Assembly (NCBI GenBank): GCA_016297845.1
Contig: JAEDFV010000003.1
Span: 4,062-68,061, forward strand
Direction: 5' to 3'
Origin: Clostridia bacterium
GTDB lineage: Bacteria > Bacillota > Clostridia > Christensenellales > UBA1242
Length of the DNA stretch: 64,000 bases
In this document: piece by piece, positions 55,871-64,000 of the stretch
Position numbering within the stretch: the first letter of the stretch is position 1
How the letters are laid out: each line of letters begins with the position of its first letter
Position numbers and translations under genes: made by a program
The notes under the pieces: generated by a model
What the model was told of the DNA's origin: nothing
Databases searched by the model: none
The model's input: the letters and a program-made list of their open reading frames with translations, nothing else

Positions 55871-55899
55871 TTTACTTTTTTTTTAACTAAGTATATAAT
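55871..55899 (+). promoter_or_regulatory. Promoter of pth with leaderless geometry (TTTACT-17-TATAAT, 6 nt, ATG)
   Basis: TTTACT 55871-55876, 17-nt spacer, TATAAT 55894-55899, then ATAAAT and the ATG at 55906. There is no SD. Confidence 0.5.
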
Positions 55900-55905
55900 A
55901 TAAAT

Positions 55906-56562
55906 ATGATTATTGAAGAAACGAGAATAGATATTTGGAAACAAATAGAAATAAAACCTATAAAGGAAAAGAAGGAATCAAAGGATATAAAACTTATTGT
56001 TGGACTTGGAAACCCAGAAAAGAAATACTTTGACACTTATCATAACATAGGTTTTTGTTTTATTGATAAATTATCATCAAAACTTGACATAAAAGTAAAG
56101 AAGAAAGAGTGTAAAAGTTTAACTGGTGAAGGTTTTATTGAAAAAGAAGAAATTGAAGTTGATTCTAAAACTGGAAAAATATCTTCTAAGTTAGTAAAGA
56201 AAAAAATAATTTTAGCAAAACCTCAAACTTATATGAATAAAAGTGGTGAGGCAGTGTTGGAACTAATAAAAAAATACAAACTTTCACTTGATGAAATTTT
56301 GATTGTTCTAGATGATATTGACATTGATGCAGGAACTTATCGTTATCGAGAAAATGGCAGTGGCGGAACACATAACGGGCTTAAAAACATAGTTGAACTC
56401 TTGAAATCTCAAAATTTCAAAAGGATAAGAATTGGAATAGGAAAAGACGAAAAAATTCCTTTAATTGACTATGTTCTTTCAAAAGTCACAAAAGAAAAAA
56501 GAGAAAAAATAAACGAAGCAATGGAACGAGCGATTGACTATTTATTAAATTTAATAAAATAA
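55906..56562 (+). CDS. pth: Peptidyl-tRNA hydrolase with an N-terminal extension of about 27 aa and an internal insertion
   Basis: The core is KLIVGLGNPEKKYFDTYHNIGF...KPQTYMNKSGEAV...HNGLKNI. No alternative canonical start lies closer to the core. Confidence 0.9.
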   Translation: MIIEETRIDIWKQIEIKPIKEKKESKDIKLIVGLGNPEKKYFDTYHNIGFCFIDKLSSKLDIKVKKKECKSLTGEGFIEKEEIEVDSKTGKISSKLVKKKIILAKPQTYMNKSGEAVLELIKKYKLSLDEILIVLDDIDIDAGTYRYRENGSGGTHNGLKNIVELLKSQNFKRIRIGIGKDEKIPLIDYVLSKVTKEKREKINEAMERAIDYLLNLIK

Positions 56563-56594
56563 AAAAGAATATAAATCATATATTCTTTTTTTTA
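56560..56594. terminator. Bidirectional terminator between the convergent pth and dnaA genes
   Basis: Stem AGAATATA/TATATTCT (56566-56573/56579-56586), flanked by an A run and a T run. Confidence 0.7.
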
Positions 56595-57956
56595 ATTATT
56601 GTCATTATTTATTATTTCTTTTACAGCTCCAACAAGTGATTTTATTTTTCCATTTTCTTTTATTTGTTCTGTAATTTTTTCACGTGCATGAATTATTGTT
56701 GTGTGGTCACGTCCGCCAAATGTTTTTCCAATTACAACAAGTGGAAGGTCAAGAAGTTCACATGTTAAATAAATTGCAATCATTCTTGGTTCAACAATTT
56801 CTTTGTTTTTCTTTTTTCCAACAAGGTCTGCCTTTGAAACTGAAAAATATTTACAAACAGCATTTATAATTGTTTCTGGAGAAAGATCATCACGTTTTTC
56901 GTCAAGGTCTTCTTTGAATGCTTCCTTCGCCTCTTCCAACGTTGCTGTCTTTTTTCCAAGCAATGTTGCAAAGAAATATACTTTTGTTAAAAGACCTTCC
57001 ATTTCTCTTATGTTTGTGTCAACCTTTTCTGCTATAAAGTTTATAACTTCATCATCAATTGAATATTTTTCAAGTTGAGCTTTTTTTCTCAAAATTGCAA
57101 CACGAGTTTCGAAATCTGGAATTTGCATATCTTGAATAAATCCGCTAGCAAATCTTGACTTAAGACGATCGCTTAAAGTTGCAATATCTTTTGGTGGTCT
57201 ATCAGATGCGATAATAATTTGTTTGTTGTTTTGGAACAAGTCGTTAAAAGTGTGGAAGAACTCTTCCTGCGTTTCATTTTTATTACTAATAAATTGTATA
57301 TCATCAACCATTAATACATCGGTTAAACGATATTTTTCTCTAAATTTGTTTATGTTAAGTTCTTTTGCAGAGCCATGCAAAGAATTTATATAGTCATTAG
57401 TAAATTGTTCACAAGTTACATATTTTATCTTTAAATCAGGATTTTCGCTCGCAATATAGTTTCCTATCGCATGAAGCAAGTGAGTTTTTCCAAGCCCAAC
57501 ACCACCATATATAAAAAGCGGATTAAAACGTTTTCCAGGATTTTCTGCAACTGAGTGTGCTGCTGCATATACAATTTGGTTGCATTTTCCTACGACGAAA
57601 TTATCGAAAGTATATTTTGGATTGAATGAGTTTTGGTGTTCTTCTTCTTTACTTATAACAGCTTTGTTTGCATCAGGTTTATTTTTTTTCAAATACTCTT
57701 TTTTCTCAATAGGGTCTAATACTTCAAAAGCAACATTATCTCCAAAAACTTCATGAACAGCTTCTTGGAGTTGGTCGTTATGACGTTTTAAGAGTTGTTT
57801 TTTTGCATATTCAGTGTTAGCGACAACAATCAATTTTTCAGCATTTGGAAAATCTAACACTTCAAGCGGTTCAATCCAAAGTTCGAATGAAACAGCGCTT
57901 ACCATTATCTCAATTTTATTTAATACTTGTTTCCATAAATCTTGTAGTTCTTTCAT
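56592..57956 (-). CDS. dnaA: Chromosomal replication initiator protein DnaA
   Basis: Walker A GGVGLGKTHLLHAIGN, the box VII region, and a C-terminal DnaA-box-binding HTH (HTTIIHAREKI). I prefer the start MKELQDLW at 57956 (GAGG 7 nt upstream) to the track start at 57974. Confidence 0.95.
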   Translation of the reverse strand: MKELQDLWKQVLNKIEIMVSAVSFELWIEPLEVLDFPNAEKLIVVANTEYAKKQLLKRHNDQLQEAVHEVFGDNVAFEVLDPIEKKEYLKKNKPDANKAVISKEEEHQNSFNPKYTFDNFVVGKCNQIVYAAAHSVAENPGKRFNPLFIYGGVGLGKTHLLHAIGNYIASENPDLKIKYVTCEQFTNDYINSLHGSAKELNINKFREKYRLTDVLMVDDIQFISNKNETQEEFFHTFNDLFQNNKQIIIASDRPPKDIATLSDRLKSRFASGFIQDMQIPDFETRVAILRKKAQLEKYSIDDEVINFIAEKVDTNIREMEGLLTKVYFFATLLGKKTATLEEAKEAFKEDLDEKRDDLSPETIINAVCKYFSVSKADLVGKKKNKEIVEPRMIAIYLTCELLDLPLVVIGKTFGGRDHTTIIHAREKITEQIKENGKIKSLVGAVKEIINNDNN

Positions 57957-58015
57957 TTTTAACCTCGTGAACATTATAACACAAAAAAATTAAAAATGAA
58001 CAACAACTTTTTAAG

Positions 58016-58024
58016 TTATCCACA
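58016..58024 (+). promoter_or_regulatory. DnaA box, perfect consensus TTATCCACA
   Basis: An exact 9-mer in the dnaA-rpmH intergenic region, about 40 bp upstream of the candidate dnaA -10 element. Confidence 0.75.
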
Positions 58025-58045
58025 ATTTTCTTTGTAAAAAATGAT

Positions 58046-58074
58046 TTGACATTAAATATTTATTAATATATAAT
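58046..58074 (+). promoter_or_regulatory. rpmH promoter (TTGACA-17-TATAAT)
   Basis: TTGACA 58046-58051, 17-nt spacer, TATAAT 58069-58074. Confidence 0.65.
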
Positions 58075-58083
58075 AAAACAACT

Positions 58084-58092
58084 TGTGGAAAA
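58084..58092 (-). promoter_or_regulatory. DnaA box with one mismatch (TTTTCCACA on the minus strand)
   Basis: The plus strand reads TGTGGAAAA. It is inverted relative to the box at 58016. Confidence 0.6.
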
Positions 58093-58130
58093 GTAGTTAC
58101 TTTTTTATGGGATTTTAACAGGAGGGAAAA

Positions 58131-58265
58131 ATGAAAAGAACATATCAACCAAAGAAACGTCAAAGAAACAAAGTTCATGGTTTCCGTGCTAGAATGAAAA
58201 CTCAAGGCGGAAGAAATGTTATAAGAAGACGTAGAAACAGAGGCAGAGCAAAACTTTCTGCATAA
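58131..58265 (+). CDS. rpmH: 50S ribosomal protein L34; below the ORF-track cutoff
   Basis: SD GGAGGG. The product [44 protein letters not shown] is canonical L34. Confidence 0.97.
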   Translation: MKRTYQPKKRQRNKVHGFRARMKTQGGRNVIRRRRNRGRAKLSA

Positions 58266-58279
58266 ACGGGAGGCGAAAT

Positions 58280-58642
58280 ATGCTACCTAAACAAAACCGC
58301 CTAAAAAAAAATAAACAGTTCAGTTACATTTACAAACATGGCCAAGTAAAACACGAAAATAAACTCTCAATGAGTTATATAAAAACGAAGTACAATCCGT
58401 ACAAAATTGGGTTCACTGTCAGTAAAAAAATTGGAAACAGTGTAACTCGAAGCAAAGTTAAAAGAATGTTAAGAGAAGCTTGTAGAATTGAATTACACCA
58501 TTTCAACGAAGGATTTAACTACATTTTTATTGCTAGGGAAGGGATAGACCAAGAAAATTTCAATTCTATTAGAGAAAAAATTGTTGCTTTATTGAAAAAA
58601 GCAGGACTTTACGTTGAAAATTCGCCAGAAGGCAAGATATAG
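58280..58642 (+). CDS. rnpA: Ribonuclease P protein component
   Basis: 120 aa, basic, with the LPKQNRLKKNKQF...VSKKIGNSVTRSKVKRMLRE (RNR-like) motif. It lies downstream of rpmH. Confidence 0.95.
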   Translation: MLPKQNRLKKNKQFSYIYKHGQVKHENKLSMSYIKTKYNPYKIGFTVSKKIGNSVTRSKVKRMLREACRIELHHFNEGFNYIFIAREGIDQENFNSIREKIVALLKKAGLYVENSPEGKI

Positions 58643-58918
58643 ATGAAAACATTTTTTAAAATTTTGACTTATCCAATTAAAATAATTTTTATTGGGTTAA
58701 TAAAACTTTACAAATTTTTTATAAGCCCACTTTTGCCGAATACTTGTCGGTTCACGCCGACTTGTTCAATTTATGCGGAAAAAGCAATCAAAGAATTTGG
58801 GATTGTTAAAGGTACAATTTTGGCAGTTAAAAGAATTTTGAGATGTCGACCAGGCGGGAAAACGGGTTATGACCCAATTCCTCTAAATATTAAAGGAGAA
58901 TTAAAATGGCTTTTATAA
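58643..58918 (+). CDS. yidD: Membrane protein insertion efficiency factor YidD
   Basis: [31 protein letters not shown]...[17 protein letters not shown]. Confidence 0.95.
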   Translation: MKTFFKILTYPIKIIFIGLIKLYKFFISPLLPNTCRFTPTCSIYAEKAIKEFGIVKGTILAVKRILRCRPGGKTGYDPIPLNIKGELKWLL

Positions 58919-60252
58919 GCAAAATTTCAAACTTCTTTTCGTCAGTTGCTATAACACAACCAACAGGAGTTTGGGAAAAAATTATAATGGCGTTCCATAA
59001 TGGAATTCCAAATTATGCTTGGGCAATTATCGTTTTCACTTTGGTTTTGAAAATCGTTATGCTTCCTTTGGACTTTTTCAATAGAAAAATTTCAGTGAAA
59101 AACACAAAGGTTCAAGCGCTTGTTCAACCAGAAATTGAAAAACTTCAAAAAAAATATGGAAATAACAAGCAAATGTTGAACCAAAAAACAATGGAGTTGT
59201 ATAAAAAATATAACTACAATGTTACAGGGTCATGTTTGATAATGCTTGTTTATATGGCGCTTACACTTTTTATTTTCATAACACTTTTTGCAGGGCTTAA
59301 CACAATGGCTGCTTACAAAGTTGGCGAACAATATCAAGCAATGGAAAACAAATTTGATAGTTTAGCATATTCAACAAATGAAATTGAGACAGATTATGAG
59401 AAATATTTCAATGCTTACAATGCTAAGGAATTAGAAATAAGAACAAGTGCTGAAGAAGCAAAGAAAAATGAAATAATAGCAAGACATAGTTCTGACGAAA
59501 CGCCTTATGTATTTGACGATAATGCAAGTGACGAAGAAAGAGCAGAAGTAAAAAAAGCTGGAGACGATGCTGTTTCAACAGAATCAGCAAAAGCAGAAAT
59601 TATTTCTCATGCAGAATCAGCAGTTGGTGGCGAGACCTTAGAAGAAATTATGGAACCAATAAACAGCGCAGTGCTTGAAACATACAAAAGTGTTAAAAAC
59701 AGTTGGCTTTGGGTAGACAATGTTTGGAAGAGCGATGTGCCATGGAAAACATCTTCAACATCTTTCGACGAATATGTTTCTCTTGCAAGAATAACATATT
59801 CAGACAGTGTTGAAACAGAAACGTTCAACAATCGTCCAAGTTCAAAAAGAGCACAAGACAAGGCTAAATATGAACAGATTATGTCGGCTGTTGAAAGTGA
59901 AAACAGAGTTAATGGTTATTTAATTATTCCTATACTTGCAGTTGCTGTCAATGTTTTGTCACTTCTTGCAACTCAAGGAAAATTAAAAATAAAACGTAAA
60001 AATCAACAAAAAGAAGAGCAAAAGAAAAAACCTATTGGCAGTTATATAATGTATATATTAATACCTGCATTAATGGGATATATCACACTTTCTTACAATG
60101 CTGTGTTTGCGTTGTACATTTTCACAAGTTCACTTGTTGGACTTGCAACGACACCACTTATTAATTTTGGAATAAAAAAATGGGACGAAATTGCTGAACG
60201 AAAGAAAGCAAAAAAAGGAAATGATGAAAACAATCTTTCCTATAAAAGATAA
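58906..60252 (+). CDS. yidC: Membrane protein insertase YidC/Oxa1 family with an expanded soluble loop of about 200 aa
   Basis: [67 protein letters not shown] is the YidC core. It overlaps yidD by 13 nt. Confidence 0.9.
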   Translation: MAFISKISNFFSSVAITQPTGVWEKIIMAFHNGIPNYAWAIIVFTLVLKIVMLPLDFFNRKISVKNTKVQALVQPEIEKLQKKYGNNKQMLNQKTMELYKKYNYNVTGSCLIMLVYMALTLFIFITLFAGLNTMAAYKVGEQYQAMENKFDSLAYSTNEIETDYEKYFNAYNAKELEIRTSAEEAKKNEIIARHSSDETPYVFDDNASDEERAEVKKAGDDAVSTESAKAEIISHAESAVGGETLEEIMEPINSAVLETYKSVKNSWLWVDNVWKSDVPWKTSSTSFDEYVSLARITYSDSVETETFNNRPSSKRAQDKAKYEQIMSAVESENRVNGYLIIPILAVAVNVLSLLATQGKLKIKRKNQQKEEQKKKPIGSYIMYILIPALMGYITLSYNAVFALYIFTSSLVGLATTPLINFGIKKWDEIAERKKAKKGNDENNLSYKR

Positions 60253-60280
60253 AGGGAATTTCCTTAAAAAGGAGAAAAAA

Positions 60281-61090
60281 ATGAAAAGTTGTGAAGCAAC
60301 TGGAAAAACAATCGAAAAAGCAATTGAAAATGCTCTTTTGGAACTTAATGCTTCAAGAGAAGATGTAGATATCAAAATTCTTGAAGAAGGTGGACTTTTC
60401 AAAAAAGCAAAAGTTTTGGTTACAATTTCAGACGATTGTTCAGAAAAATATAACAAAAAACAAGTTGAAATTTCAGATGATGAAGATTTGGAATTAGATG
60501 TAAAATCAATGTTTAAAGATATTCTTTCCGATGAAAAAGAAATTGAGAAAGAAAATAAAAAAGTTTTGAAAGAAACAGAAAAAGAAGAAAAGAAAGCAGA
60601 AAAAGAAGAAGTCAAAAAAGATAAGAAAGAAACAAAAAAAGTTTCTGGAACAGATTTCATTAAAGGTCTTTTTGACATTCTTGCAAGAGATTTTAATGTT
60701 TTCAAAGAAGAAGACGAAGAAAGAATTCTTGTGAAAGTTGAAGGTGGAAACAGCGGAGATTTAATAGGATATCGCGGTGAATGTTTGAATGCTATCCAAT
60801 ATGTTGCATCAGTTGTTGAAAATGAATTTTCAGGAAAGAGAAAACGTTTTGTTCTCGACATTGAAAACTATCGTGGAAAACGTGAAGAAACTTTAAAAGC
60901 ACTTGCCAGAAGAATGGAAAACAAAGTTGGGAAAACTGGTCATGCAATTAAACTTGAGCCAATGACCGCGAACGAAAGAAGAATTATCCACACAGAACTT
61001 CAATCAAGCGAAACTGTTACAACAACAAGCAAGGGAACTGAACCAAATAGATATGTTGTTGTTTTGCCAAAAAATTCTGAAATTAATTAA
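60281..61090 (+). CDS. jag: RNA-binding protein Jag/KhpB (Jag_N, KH and R3H domains)
   Basis: The N-terminus is CEATGKTIEKAIENALLELNASREDVDIKILEEG. The C-terminus is MTANERRIIHTELQ (R3H). Start at ATG 60281 after AAGGAG. Confidence 0.9.
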   Translation: MKSCEATGKTIEKAIENALLELNASREDVDIKILEEGGLFKKAKVLVTISDDCSEKYNKKQVEISDDEDLELDVKSMFKDILSDEKEIEKENKKVLKETEKEEKKAEKEEVKKDKKETKKVSGTDFIKGLFDILARDFNVFKEEDEERILVKVEGGNSGDLIGYRGECLNAIQYVASVVENEFSGKRKRFVLDIENYRGKREETLKALARRMENKVGKTGHAIKLEPMTANERRIIHTELQSSETVTTTSKGTEPNRYVVVLPKNSEIN

Positions 61091-61130
61091 GGAACTTGAT
61101 TATAAAAAAGTTATATGTTAAAATAAAACC

Positions 61131-61847
61131 GTGAAAAAAATTTTTGCGGTTTTATTTTTGCTTATAGTGGCAATTTTTCCGTTTAATAAAATTACAAATT
61201 TATCTGCTGAAACAACATCAAATAATGTAGTCAAAGTTGTTTCAGATTTTTGCTATCTCTATTTAACAACAACTGATTTAAATCCATCAGATTCAAATAA
61301 CATTCGAGTTGAATATGGAACAGAATTAGAACTTATAGATGATGAGGAAACAGGTAAAAAAGCGGGAGAAGTAATTTCTACAGGGGATTACAAATTTTAT
61401 TTTGTGCAATATAATAGTTACAAAAGATATGTTTTAATTTCAAATGTCGTTAATGAAGACACAAACACTTCTCTTAAAAAGACACTTGACCCGAATGCAA
61501 AAATTCTAAACGACAAAGCAAAGGTTTATAAGACAGCGTTAGCGACTGAAGAAAACAGAGTGAAAATAGGGGAGAACAACGTCGAACTTCAACAGTTCCA
61601 GGAAATTAAAATAATTGATGGATATGACAAAAACAAAGAATTTCACAAAATTATGTTTGAAGAAAATGGTGAAATCTTGACAGGATATGTTAAAACTTCA
61701 GACATTCTTGTTGAAGGATTTAACGGAACAATTATTCTGATTGTATTTATATTTGTATTAATTGGTTCAATTGTTCTTTCGATTGTTCTCTCAACTAGAA
61801 AGAAAAGAAAAAAACTTAAAGCAAAAGAACAAAAAAATAATAGTTAA
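61131..61847 (+). CDS. Secreted, C-terminally membrane-anchored protein with SH3b-like repeats (tentative)
   Basis: GTG start, signal peptide KKIFAVLFLLIVAIFPF, two segments ending in a GYV..SDI-type motif, and a C-terminal TM segment plus KKRKK stop-transfer sequence. Confidence 0.6.
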   Translation: MKKIFAVLFLLIVAIFPFNKITNLSAETTSNNVVKVVSDFCYLYLTTTDLNPSDSNNIRVEYGTELELIDDEETGKKAGEVISTGDYKFYFVQYNSYKRYVLISNVVNEDTNTSLKKTLDPNAKILNDKAKVYKTALATEENRVKIGENNVELQQFQEIKIIDGYDKNKEFHKIMFEENGEILTGYVKTSDILVEGFNGTIILIVFIFVLIGSIVLSIVLSTRKKRKKLKAKEQKNNS

Positions 61848-61866
61848 AAAACTATTATTTTTTATT

Positions 61867-62772
61867 TTAATATCTAAATTTCTTTTTAATATCTAAATTT
61901 CTTTTAAATTTATTTTCTGATTCAGGCTCTTTAACCAACTTTGTTGATTCTTCATTATTTTCAGGAACTGGTTTTTCGTCTTTTTCTTCATTTTCAAATT
62001 CGCTTTGGGACGTTTCTTGTTCAATCATTAATTCAACTTGTTTGTTAAGTTGGAAAAGAATATTTTCGATTTTTTCAGATACAATTTTTGATGCTTCAAA
62101 TTTTGCTTTGTCAAATTCTTTTTGATTTTCTTCTGTTTGTTCAAGATATTTTTCTGGCATTTTAATTAATTTTTCTGCAGAAATATCCATTATTTTAACT
62201 ATCTGTTCGCAAAGCAATTTGCAAAGGAAAATTACAAAATTTTCATCTTTTAATTCCATGAAATCTTGTAAATCAGAAATGTTAGGTATTGAAAGAAGTT
62301 TATCTATTGCTGTTGTTAAATAAATTTGTAGTTTTGAAAGACTGAACGCATTTCCATTTGAAGCGGCAAGAATTGTCCATTTCATGTATTTTTCATAATT
62401 CATTAAACAAAAGTCATAAAATCCTTTTTTATAGCAATATCCCATAAAATCTTGAGCAGACGGGTCAGTCACAGATGTTGCTGTTATGTTGTAAACAGCA
62501 TTGTCATATTCCGCATATGATTTTTCAGATTTACCGCGTCGTGCAGATAAATCATCAAGCTGTTTTCTAAGTTCCATGAAAATATCACGATATAAATTCA
62601 CATTGAAAATTTGTGACTCATTAAAATCTTTTGTATAGTCAATTTCAAAAATTTCTTCTTTATCTTGAAGATTAACATCGTCTTTTTTTGATATTTTATA
62701 TGACGGAATCTTAATTTCATCAGTTTTTTTTGTTTTAGAAGTTTTGTTTAATGTTTGTTTGTTTTCTGCCAT
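61867..62772 (-). CDS. Hypothetical protein (301 aa): Lys-rich N-terminus, possible Sel1-like repeat, acidic C-terminus
   Basis: The ORF has a plausible context. The segment YMKWTILAASNGNAFSLSKLQIYL is Sel1/TPR-like, but the match is weak. Confidence 0.55.
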   Translation of the reverse strand: MAENKQTLNKTSKTKKTDEIKIPSYKISKKDDVNLQDKEEIFEIDYTKDFNESQIFNVNLYRDIFMELRKQLDDLSARRGKSEKSYAEYDNAVYNITATSVTDPSAQDFMGYCYKKGFYDFCLMNYEKYMKWTILAASNGNAFSLSKLQIYLTTAIDKLLSIPNISDLQDFMELKDENFVIFLCKLLCEQIVKIMDISAEKLIKMPEKYLEQTEENQKEFDKAKFEASKIVSEKIENILFQLNKQVELMIEQETSQSEFENEEKDEKPVPENNEESTKLVKEPESENKFKRNLDIKKKFRY

Positions 62773-62836
62773 AAAACACCTCGCTCATTAGTAGTATAAC
62801 AAAATAAATTAAAATAACTAAATAAAATTATGTCTT

Positions 62837-64000
62837 TTATAAAAGTGGAGAAAATAATCTTACAAACGCCTGTGTAAATTTATTGAAATATATTTTACGT
62901 TTAAAGAAACTCTTTTCAATTTTTTTGCAATAAGTTAAATCAACATTAAAATAATTCAAATTTTGTTCAACAAATGTCTTGTCAAAAAGAAAAGCTGTAA
63001 GTTCAAAGTTTAAAGCAAAAGAACGGTTATCAAAATTACACGAACCTATTGAAACAACTTTGTTGTCGATTATAACAGTTTTTGAGTGGAGAAAACCATT
63101 ATATCGATAGAATTCAATGCCTGTTGACAAAAGGTCTTTAACATAAGAAAGGGTTGCACAATATACAAACTTTTTATCTGGCTTTGCTGGAATCATTATT
63201 TTTATATCAACTCCACTTAGTTTTGCAATTTTCAGTGCTGAGAGCAATGCTTCATCTGGAATGAAATAGGGAGTTTGGATATAAATATTTTCTTTTGCAG
63301 ACAAAATCATTTTTAATAATGATTCTTTGATAGGTTGATTAGGCAAATCTGGCCCACTTGTAACAATTTGGCAACCAACTGTTCCATAAGTTCCAAGTTT
63401 AGGAAAATATCCCTCAGAAATTAAATTATTCATGCTGTCGCCAATATTCTTGGAATATCGCCAGTCATTGAAAAATGCAATTTGTAAGTCATGCACTGCA
63501 TTTCCAACTATTTTTATGTGTGTGTCGCGCCAAGGGGAAAGTCTCTTTGAGCGCCCCATGTGGTCGTCACGAATATTGATTCCACCTGTATATCCAATTT
63601 TGCCATCAATAACAACAATTTTTTTGTGATTGCGATAGTTTGCTTTGAAATTAAAAAGTCTAAGGCCGAAAAGTGGAGGGAAAAATTCAGCAATTTCTCC
63701 GCCTGCTTTGGAAAGCTGTTTTAAGAAACTGCGTTTTGTTCTCATGCTACCGATGGAGTCAACGAGCAATTTTACTTTCACTCCTTCTTTTGCTTTTCTA
63801 ACAAGAATTTCCATAATTTCTTTTCCAACTTGGTCGTCGGCAAAAATATAATAAAGAAGATTAATTGAATGTTTTGCCTTTTCAAGGTCTTTTTTTAAAG
63901 AAATGATTTTGTCTTCACCATTCAGAAAAACCCTAACAAAATTGTTCTTGAAAAAGGAACAATTTGAATTGTTTAAATTGAATAACATTAAATCTAAAAA
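62837..64000 (-). CDS. cls: Cardiolipin synthase / phospholipase D family protein (two HKD motifs); may continue beyond the window
   Basis: HKKIVVIDGKIGYTGGINIRDDH and HSKTVIIDNKVVSIGSCNFDNRS. The frame stays open from ATG 63988 to the window edge, so the N-terminus is undetermined. Confidence 0.85.
   Translation of the reverse strand, partial: FLDLMLFNLNNSNCSFFKNNFVRVFLNGEDKIISLKKDLEKAKHSINLLYYIFADDQVGKEIMEILVRKAKEGVKVKLLVDSIGSMRTKRSFLKQLSKAGGEIAEFFPPLFGLRLFNFKANYRNHKKIVVIDGKIGYTGGINIRDDHMGRSKRLSPWRDTHIKIVGNAVHDLQIAFFNDWRYSKNIGDSMNNLISEGYFPKLGTYGTVGCQIVTSGPDLPNQPIKESLLKMILSAKENIYIQTPYFIPDEALLSALKIAKLSGVDIKIMIPAKPDKKFVYCATLSYVKDLLSTGIEFYRYNGFLHSKTVIIDNKVVSIGSCNFDNRSFALNFELTAFLFDKTFVEQNLNYFNVDLTYCKKIEKSFFKRKIYFNKFTQAFVRLFSPLL

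Noticed and set aside
60130-60861. 243-aa ORF antisense to yidC/jag
   Set aside because: It is a shadow of the Lys/Glu-rich Jag linker. The product is poly-Ser/Phe/Leu low complexity and overlaps two confidently identified genes.
60984-60992. Second perfect DnaA box TTATCCACA
   Set aside because: It lies inside the jag coding sequence (encoding the conserved R3H IIHT motif), 3 kb from the origin spacer, with no neighbouring boxes. It is probably coincidental.
1-64000. Search for CRISPR arrays, IS elements or transposases, integrases, prophage blocks, rRNA genes, riboswitches (T-box upstream of metG) and alternative genetic code
   Set aside because: I saw no spaced direct-repeat arrays, no transposase- or integrase-like ORFs and no rRNA-like sequence. 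There is no T-box-like leader: only 29 nt separate the tRNA and metG. Conserved genes read through with the standard code, with Trp as TGG and no in-frame TGA needed.

Overview
Low-GC Firmicutes-type chromosomal segment that includes the replication-origin neighbourhood (rpmH-rnpA-yidD-yidC-jag on +, dnaA on -, two DnaA boxes between them). I can support about 70 protein genes, one tRNA-Ser(CGA), several sub-60-aa genes absent from the ORF track (rpmH, a DUF1540-like Cys-rich gene, a 53-aa ORF after ychF), two tandem perfect parS sites, and many sigma-A-type promoters and intrinsic terminators read directly from the sequence. Most genes are housekeeping: scpAB, rluD, lspA, sepF, rplJL, clpXP, tig, tsf, rpsB, holB, ricT, rsmI, murB, whiA, dnaE, pfkA, ftsH, parAB, rsmG, mnmGE, uppP, ychF, metG, rsmH, a PBP, dnaN, pth, dnaA, cls. 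I see no CRISPR array, transposase, integrase, recognisable prophage or known defence system. The unusual content falls into three groups. (1) Origin-proximal synteny is heavily rearranged: dnaA and dnaN are split by 3.5 kb, the dcw cluster is truncated, the parB-mnmE block is displaced, and rplJL is isolated. (2) A Spo0A-family regulator has a degenerate receiver, and exact 0A-box heptamers are over-represented in intergenic DNA. (3) Several lineage-specific units have no recognisable family: a translationally coupled two-gene cassette, a monocistronic 483-aa coiled-coil/beta-rich protein, a 1183-aa CvpA-anchored protein at the head of the dcw genes, and a 5-kb string of membrane and lipoprotein genes. 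Function calls rest on motif recognition by eye. No database search, folding or statistics software was run, and all counts are hand tallies.
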